NCBI GenBank assembly: GCA_964016885.1
Contig: OZ024741.1
Span: 331,204,001 to 331,268,000, forward strand
Length of the DNA stretch: 64,000 nt
Reading direction: 5' to 3'
From: Eledone cirrhosa
Lineage: Eukaryota
This document shows, in pieces, positions 55,101 through 64,000 of this stretch; the first letter of the stretch is position 1, and each line of letters starts with the position of its first letter. The notes beneath the pieces are model-generated. The model saw only the letters and a list, made by a program, of their open reading frames with translations. It had not been told where the DNA came from and did no database searches. The position numbers were made by a program, and so were the translations under genes.

Positions 55101-56629
55101 TTTTTTTAGTATGGTCAGAGCAAAATATATCACAAACTAGGTATGTGTCTTGAGTAGAGTCCACTCTATTGCAAGTATTCAAACAAGGTCTCTGGTTTCA
55201 AGTCACCTTTTTTCTTCTCTTTCTCCCCTCCACCTGTCTCAGAGGCCATGAATATGGTTATGGGTAATGCCATTCCTTCCTTGACTAAGCAATACCCCCC
55301 CCCCCCCCCCCAACAAAGCAAAACTAGTTCCCTATATGAGGATGAATGCTAACAGTATTTGTCTTAAATACTATTAACAAATAATTGCCATCCATTTGAC
55401 AAAGATCTACAGATAATTAAATAAATAATTAGTTTGCACTAACAAAGTCACCACCCATGTTGACAACAGAATTAAATCAATGAGAAGGTTTTAATGTAGA
55501 TATTTGACATGGTAGTGTTGTGGCCCTAAATCAGTGAGAGATTTTTATGTAGATATTTGACATAATTGGTGTTGTTGCCTGAACTCTAACATTTTTAAAA
55601 CAGTCTGTTGATGCAACATATTTCTTTTCTCATCATCTGTATCTAGTTTAGAATAGGTACACCATATTCCTACATGTCAAAAGAAGTGAGTAAAACATTG
55701 CCTCAAAAAGTCCTGTCCAACCCATGAGAGACAGAAAGAGAGATATAGAGAAAATTAGAGATAGATTGATTAATACACATACGACAGGCTTTCTTATAGT
55801 CTCCATCCACCAAATTCAATCACAAGTCATTGAGTAGCTTGTGGTTATAGAGCAAATTATTTTGTTCTATATTGTTAAGTGCTATTCATCTCCTTCATTT
55901 GCAGATCCTTATATAATGTTGCTTCAGTTTCATATAAACTAGAAAAGTTTTACTTTTACTTAATCTGTCCTTTTACCACTTTACCACCAACATTCATTAA
56001 TCTCTACTCCTCATGGCTCTAAACCTCTTTCATTTTTATTCCCAGCCTGATTTCTTCTCTTTCCAACCACAACTAACCAACCTATATTTCATCACCATCT
56101 TCATTCAACTATGTAAACCATTATTAAACCTCTACACTTAAATAGTGCTGACAATAATTTCCTTATGCTTCACTATATCATATTTGAAATTATCAACTTC
56201 TTATACACATCAAAAGTTAATTTAGCCCAGCTTAGTCTTCTGCTGTTTGATGCCGGATAATTATGCAAGATTTGCTTAGCTTTGGTTTAGTGTGGCTTAG
56301 ATAAGCTTATTTTTCATGCTGCTTCACTGATATTGGTTTAAATTTGGCAGGAGGGGTGACATAGGGAGTGGGTATTGATTCACCTTACTTGATTTGGTAG
56401 AGTCAGTCCTAATGTCATAATTTCACTGAAGTTGTTGTTTCAGTTGTTTGGTTCGGCTTTCTAACATAGTTGGAGAGTTGATTGGTTTTACTTTGACAAA
56501 GGTAAAGGTGCAGAATGATTAATAGGAAATAAATTTAGCAACCATAACATAACACAACACAACACAGGGCTATCAATAAAATCTATGAATTACAACAAAG
56601 ATGGTTCCTATTTCTGTTTCATGTATATA

Positions 56630-56662
<33 letters not shown>

Positions 56663-58056
56663 ATCATCGTCATCGATTAATGTCTATCTTCTACGCTAGC
56701 ATGGGTTAGGCGGGTTTGTCCCATTTAGAGGCAAGTTCGGTCGGGTGACCATGTCTTGCTCATATAGGAGTGTTTTTGGCTGGTTTTCTATGGCTGGATG
56801 CCTTCGTAATGCCAACCACATTGATAGTGTGTGCTGGGTGCTTTTTGCCGTGTCTTTTACACGTCCACATAAAATATCCATAGGTGTGAAAAGGAAAACA
56901 ATGCTCAATTGAAACGATAGCTGATATATTATATTATTTTATTATTTATTTATGTTCATACATGGAACAAAAGTGCTACCTGACGTTTCAAGGCCAAGTA
57001 TTGACCATATCTCCAAAGTGCCGTCCATGGAGTAAACGACACAACAAAATGATAACGTATAGCTGTTCAGCCATAACAGCTACTCAGAGTTTTATGTGAT
57101 GACTAGGAGAAGGTATTGTGCATTTTATAGCAACGATAGTCTCATGAAGAAAAGGAGGTAAAGAAAAAAAAAGAAGAAAGGGAAAAAGACAAGAAGAAGA
57201 AAGTAAGATAAATATGTTAAAGCTATTTCATTGAAATTATTGGTGAGGGGTAGAAGAAAAACATGCTCATCACAGATTAGCAATAATGGTTTCTTATATA
57301 GGCACAAGGCCAGCAATTTTAGGGGAGGGGAAAGTCGATTAAATTGATTCCAGTGCATGACTGGTACTTTATTTTATCGACCCCGTAAGGATGAAAGGCA
57401 AAGATAACCTCGGCGGGATTTGAACTCAGATCATAAAGGGCCAATCCACCGCCCTTACAGATAAGTAAAAATAAAATTAGGAAAATTAACAAAGAGAAGA
57501 CAACTAACAAAATCAAGGCAAAATGCAAAAAAGGTTTTGATGGGGAAACCTTAAAACATTTTTTTGAAAATAAAAAGGCAAATGAAAGACACAAAATTCC
57601 AATGTTTTCAGTCGTCAAGTTGGACTTTTGGCAGTTTTGACGCCTACCATGGTACTGCTGGCACAGCTGGGGTCATAACATCTAACATAAGCCAAAGTCT
57701 TCTACAGGATTTGAACTATGTTAGATAAATTAAACAGTTTTAGTCCTGTAGAAGTCTTTTCTATATAAAATATATATGTACTGCCTCTACTAATAATACC
57801 TTATTTAAATGTATGTATATATGTATGTATGTATGAAAGTTTAGATGTATATGCATGGTAGTATGGTATGTATGTTTGATAGGTCTACATGTAGGAATAC
57901 CAGTATGTGTGTATGCATGCACGTATGTATGTGTGTACGTGTATGCATGTACGCTAGTATATATGTGTATGTGTGTATGTATGTATGTATTTGTGTGTAT
58001 GTATTTGTGTGTATGTATGCTAAGTGTATATATGTATGTATATATGTATGTATGCA

Positions 58057-58504
58057 GGTGAGGAGGGTGATTTTGGACACCCTGCAGGACAAAAAACAAA
58101 ACCTGACAAAGGGCGGAAGAACTCATAAGAGTCAACGGCCATCCGAAAGTGTGTAAATATGTATATACACATGCACCGCACGGTTAAACCACTGGGAGTG
58201 AAGGATCACTAGCCTTTGTCAGGGCATTCTTCTAGGAGAAGGCAACTCAGGAAACTGGGATAACTCCGATATAAAACCTGCGGCTCAGTAGTTACATATG
58301 ATATTGATCTTTTCTTCTTTTCGGGTTATAGCTACTGTCGCTCAGAGAGTGGGATTGGCTCAGTGCACAGTCTTTCCTCACTTTAAAAAACATGTTCACG
58401 CACAGGGATTGCACGATAGAATTAATTAATAATTATTAATAATTATCAATAATGGTATATGGTGCAATGGCCATACTCGATAACGAGGGGGCAGCCATCA
58501 TCAT
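58057..58504 (+). mobile_element. Non-coding RTE-type element flanked by ~200-bp direct repeats
   Basis: Contains tctaggagaaggcaactc (resembles RTE 5' UTR motifs) and ends gcagcCATCATCAT; flanks 57825-58056 and 58503-58705 are alignable duplicates. Confidence 0.6.
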
Positions 58505-59919
58505 GTAAGTATGAAAGTTTAGATGTATATACATGGTAGTATGGTATGTATGTTTGATAGGTGTACATGTAAGAATACCAGTGTGTGTGTATGCATGCAC
58601 GTATGTATGTGTGTACGTGTATGAATGTACGATAGTATATATGTGTATGTGTGTATGTATGTATGTGTGTGTATGTATGTATGTATGCATATATGTATGT
58701 ATGCATGTATGCACGTGTAGTATAGTATACATATATTCATATACAAATATATAAAAACATTCACACATACATACACACCTCAGTAAATATGCCATTCACA
58801 CACATACATCTTACAAAGAAATGTAATCATATGCATATATACTTAAGTGTAGATGTATACATATACATACATACACACATTTATACGTAACAAATTTAGG
58901 AATATACATACAGGGATACCTACATTATATGTATATTTACAAATCTTTCTATACACATATATACATTAGCATGTATAGCATGTATGGTGTAAGGTATATA
59001 CAGATATAGATACAAATTCTTGTACATGTTCAATTAAACCTAACATATGTGGTATAGGTTTGTGTATATTTACATATATATATACAAACACCTACACATG
59101 CACATACACATATATACTGATGTAGCTACATATATACATACATAGATAACTACATGCATTATTCATGTGTGTAACACCTTTTTTTCTTTCTCTCTCTCTA
59201 TATATATCCTTGTTCATATATACATATATAAATATCTACATACATCATTTATCTATGTGTATTTACACTTCTTTCTGCATACCTATATACATTGGAGTGT
59301 ACGTATACACACATTCTTGTAAATATATACCTATATAGATATTTACAAACATATATACTTACATACATACATACTCATTGTGTATGTATAGACAGATTCC
59401 TGTACACACACACATACATACATAAAAATATGCATGCATACATACATACAATCACACATACATGCATACATAAATACATACATACAATCACACATACATG
59501 CATACATAAATACATACATACATACAAACATACATACATGCATACATACATACACTCACACATACATGCATACATAAATACATACATACAAACATGCATA
59601 CATACATACTTACCTACCTATCTATATACATACCTACCTACCAACATACATACAAACATATATACCTAACAACATACATATATACATACCTATCTACCTG
59701 CCTACATACATACATACATGCATACATACACATTATATATATATATACACACATAGATACATATATACCTACATATATACACCAATATATACACCAATAT
59801 ATGTACGTGTTCAATTAACCCCTGTAGTCAGGACATTTTATAAATAATGTATTTGTTTTAATTTCATTTCACTAGAATTCAATTTATTGGAACAGTGTTA
59901 AATAATGATGATGATGATA

Positions 59920-59971
<52 letters not shown>

Positions 59972-60105
59972 GTGTATACAAATTAGAGCTGAGAGTAGAT
60001 TACACCTGAAGTTACAAGACAACATACAAATATATATAAAATACATATATTACGGGTATAACAACAACAATTAATGCATGTCAATTAAATTACATTTGTA
60101 TCAGG

Positions 60106-60165
<60 letters not shown>

Positions 60166-60296
60166 GTGTATATATATGTATATATATATGTATATATATA
60201 TATGTATATATATACATATATATATATGTATATATATGTATACATATATATATATACGTATATATATGTATATATATATATGTGTATATATATGAA

Positions 60297-60393
<97 letters not shown>

Positions 60394-60453
60394 AGTGTGT
60401 ATGTAGTAAACACACAATCATCTGTGTATTTCTGTATATATATAATATATTAT

Positions 60454-60488
<35 letters not shown>

Positions 60489-61079
60489 CACACATGTTCC
60501 TATCTACCGCTATATACTAATACCATTGGTGATATAAGTTTGTTTATCATTAAAACAGAGTTGTTGATGTTATAATTACACCATAACTTTATATAATTAT
60601 CATTGGGTCTATTGAATTACATGTAGATGATATATTTATTACATTTATTAAAGCACAAACACACACACATATATATGTATTGATGTCTTTCTATATATTT
60701 TCCATATGTATATATATATATATATATGTATATCATCATCATCATTTTACGTCCGCTTCTCCCTGCTTGCAAGGGTGGGATGGGAACTGATTATGGCTTG
60801 ATTTCTACAGCTGGATGCCCTTCCTAACACCAACCTCATTTACAGTGTGGGCTGGGTGCTTTTTTGCCGTGGCACCTCCACGACCACTTTGCAGTGGAAT
60901 GATATGGACCCCAGTCCCTATCATCTCATTTCGACAGCTGAGTAAACTGGAACAAAGTGAAATAAAGTGTCTTGATCAAGGAAACAACACATCACCCAGT
61001 CAGAGAATTGAACTCACAACCTTTCGATTGCAAGACCAATGCTCTAACCACTATATCACTATATCTATATATATCTATA

Positions 61080-61127
<48 letters not shown>

Positions 61128-61130
<3 letters not shown>

Positions 61131-61522
61131 TCATCATCATCATCATCAACGTTTAACGTCCGTGTTCCACGCTAGCATGGGTTTGGACGGGGGTAGTCCC
61201 ACTTGAGGCAAGAGTGATTGTCTTGCTCGCATAGGACTGTCTGGCAGGTTTTCTACAGTTGGATGCCCTTCCTAACACCAACCACATTTACAGTGTGGGT
61301 CTGGGAGGTTTTTACCGTGTTGCCTACACGGCCACATTACAGCGTGGACTGTGTGTTTTTTTGTCATGACACCTACACGATCTCATTTGTTTCGGCCTGG
61401 ATGGCGCGGCACCAACATAACTTTACATAGAATGAGGTGGTGTGGATGGGGTGGGGGTGGTGGCGGGACGGGGTGTATTTTGTTAGAGATGCCTACTGGC
61501 AAGGCGGGTCTTCTCTGTTACT
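61128..61522 (-). mobile_element. RTE subfamily A 3' UTR fragment
   Basis: Nearly identical to 62458-62878. Confidence 0.88.
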
Positions 61523-61523
61523 G

Positions 61524-61635
<112 letters not shown>

Positions 61636-61819
61636 TAGGGTGTGGTAAGATACCAGGTGGACCATAACGCACTACAGTACTCAATACTTGAGGTAGTAGA
61701 GTGGGTAATATGAAAAAATTCAGGACCCCGACGGCTGAGCTCCGGCTGTTTCGACAGCTAGAGCCGAACGGATCTAGCTGTCATAACAGCTGGAGCTCAG
61801 CCATCGGGGTCCTGAATCG

Positions 61820-61825
<6 letters not shown>
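61636..61825. mobile_element. Penelope-like hairpin-plus-tail element
   Basis: Palindrome at 61709-61825 (caggaccccgacggctgagctcc...ggagctcagccatcggggtcctg) with tail at 61636-61708; (TA)n on both sides. Confidence 0.75.
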
Positions 61826-61852
<27 letters not shown>

Positions 61853-61855
<3 letters not shown>

Positions 61856-61959
61856 TGGTGTGTCCCCCAAAAATGTATACACACAGGATGTGTGTGCATT
61901 ATAATAAATATTGCCTGTGCAGGTAATCTAAGTGTGTATACATTTTTGGGGACACCCTG
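61853..61959. mobile_element. Tc1-type MITE (~107 bp)
   Basis: TA|CAG..GTGTCCCCCAAAAATGTATACACAC...GTGTGTATACATTTTTGGGGACACCCTG|TA. Confidence 0.75.
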
Positions 61960-62000
61960 TATGTATATGAATGTGAGTGTGTGTATATATATATATATGT

Positions 62001-62348
62001 GGAGGGACATGGCTTAGTGGTTAGAGCATTGGCCTTGCAATCGAAAGGTTGTGAGTTCAATTCTCAGCCCGGGTGATGTGTTGTTTTGTTGAGCAAGACA
62101 CTTTATTTCACTTTGTTCCAGTTTACTCAGCTGTAGAAATGAGATAATAGGGACTGGGGTCCATATCATTCCACTGTAAAGTGGTCATGGAGGTGCCACG
62201 GCAAAAAAGCACCCAGCACTCACTGTAAATGAGGTTGGTGTTAGGAAGGGCATCCAGCTGTAGAAATCAAGCCAAAATCAGTTCCCGTCCCACCCTTGCA
62301 AGCAGGGAAAAAGCGGACGTAAAATGAAATGATGATGATGATGATGAT
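62001..62348 (+). mobile_element. SINE family 2, complete copy
   Basis: tRNA-like head with A and B boxes, central domain, LINE-derived middle and tail, (GAT)n. Confidence 0.9.
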
Positions 62349-62457
62349 ATATGTATGCATGTATGTTAGCATGTATATATATTTATATCTAATACATATA
62401 TATGTATATGTATATATGTGTATATGTATATATATGTATATATATATATAAATATAT

Positions 62458-63262
62458 ATCATCATCATCATCATCATCAACGTTTAACGTCCGTGTTCCA
62501 CGCTTGCATGGGTTTGGACGGGGGTAGTCCCACTTGAGGCAAGAGTGATTGTCTTGCTCGCATAGGACTGTCTGGCAGGTTTTCTACAGTTGGATGCCCT
62601 TCCTAACACCAACCACATTTACAATGTGGGTCTGGGAGGTTTTTACCGTGTTGCCTACACGGCCACATTACAGCGTGGACTGTGTGTTTTTTTGTCGTGA
62701 CACCTACACGATCTCATTTGTTTCGGCCTGGATGGCGCGGCACCAACATAACTTTACATAGAATGAGGTGGTGTGGATGGGGTGGTGGTGGTGGGACGGG
62801 GTGTATTTTGTTACAGATGCCTACTGGCTGGAGTAGGTTTTACTATATATTTAGGTAAGGCGGGTCTTCTCTGTTACTGAGTACCGCCAAAGGTCTCGGT
62901 CCAGTGACATTGTCTTGGAGAGGTGTAAGTGTGTGATGTCGGAGTTTATCAGCTCGTCCCAGGTTTTTCTAGGTCTGCCTATTCCGTGACTACCGTCTAT
63001 CTTTATTGCCCTGCACTTTGTTATACAGCTATCGACTTTCATGCGCATCACGTGTCCATACCAACGTAGCCTTCTCTCGAGTAAACAACATCTGATCCCT
63101 CTTATCTCTAATTTTTTCCTTAGTTCGTTTATGCTTTGCCGTTCACGTATATTACTGTTACACATCCAGCGGAGCATGCAAGCTTCGTTCCTCTCTAGTC
63201 TGCGTATATCCTCTGCACACAATGCCCAGGTCTCACTGCCATGCAACATTGCTGTTCGTATG

Positions 63263-63265
<3 letters not shown>
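62458..63265 (-). mobile_element. RTE subfamily A 3' fragment
   Basis: [13 protein letters not shown]...EKTRLT* plus 3' UTR; begins at (TA)n. Confidence 0.92.
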
Positions 63266-63303
<38 letters not shown>

Positions 63304-63305
<2 letters not shown>

Positions 63306-63757
63306 CATCATCATCATCATCATCATCATCGTTTAACGTCCATCTTCCACGCTTGCATGGGTTTGGACGGGAAATTTTCCCACTTGAGGCAAGATTGGTT
63401 GACTTGCTCGTATAGGACTGTCTGGCGGGTTTTCTACGGCTGGATGCCCTTCCTAACACCAACCACATTTACAGTGTGGACTGGGAGGTTTTTACCGTGT
63501 TACCTACACGGCCACATTACAGCGTGGACTGTGTGTTTTTTTTTTCGTGACACCTACACGACCTCATTTATTTCAGCCTGGATGTTGTGGTACCAACATA
63601 ACTTTACATCGAAAGGGGTGGTGTGGATGAGGTGGGGGTAGTGGAGCAGGGGTGTATTTTTGTTAGAGGTGCCTACTGACTGTAGGTTTCGCTTTGTACT
63701 TAGGCAAGGCGGGTCTTCTGTATTACTGTGTAGCGCCAAAGATCTCGGTCCAGTGAA
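63304..63757 (-). mobile_element. RTE subfamily A-like 3' UTR fragment
   Basis: Matches 25126-25540. Confidence 0.85.
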
Positions 63758-64000
63758 TAATGTATATATATATAAATATATCCATATATCTATATTGTAT
63801 ATATATATAGTTATTATATAGCAATTATTTCATTTAGCAGTGGTTTCTTGATCAGAATGAAAAAATCAGAATGAAAAAATCCTGGTGTATTTATTGACAT
63901 TGGATTTTAAAAACAAAAATATAATCTATATGAAAGTGAGGCTGGAAAAGGAAGAAGAAAAGGAAAAATAAACACACATGCACACACACACACAATTACA

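Overview
Eukaryotic, AT-microsatellite-rich, gene-poor (intronic or intergenic) DNA. The repeat landscape resembles an octopus/cephalopod genome (inference from SINE and microsatellite style). No host protein-coding exon is recognisable; almost all short ORFs in the track are translated simple repeats. The window is a nest of retroelements. (1) More than 10 copies of an RTE-clade LINE in at least three subfamilies, whose reverse transcriptase carries a PHD-type C4HC3 finger inserted inside the RT domain. (2) Two tandem Tx1/L1-clade LINEs bounded at every junction by (AAT)n. (3) A compact Ty3/Gypsy LTR element with a -1 frameshift pseudoknot and no tRNA-type PBS. (4) An RTE insertion with a twin-priming 5' inversion. 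(5) Two tRNA-derived SINE families, Tc1/mariner remnants and a non-autonomous Helitron. (6) About six sequence families of type I hammerhead ribozyme motifs in Penelope-like, mostly non-coding elements, several arranged as long palindromes with a one-sided tail inside (TA)n tracts. All pairings and alignments were read by eye; no database search or folding calculation was run.
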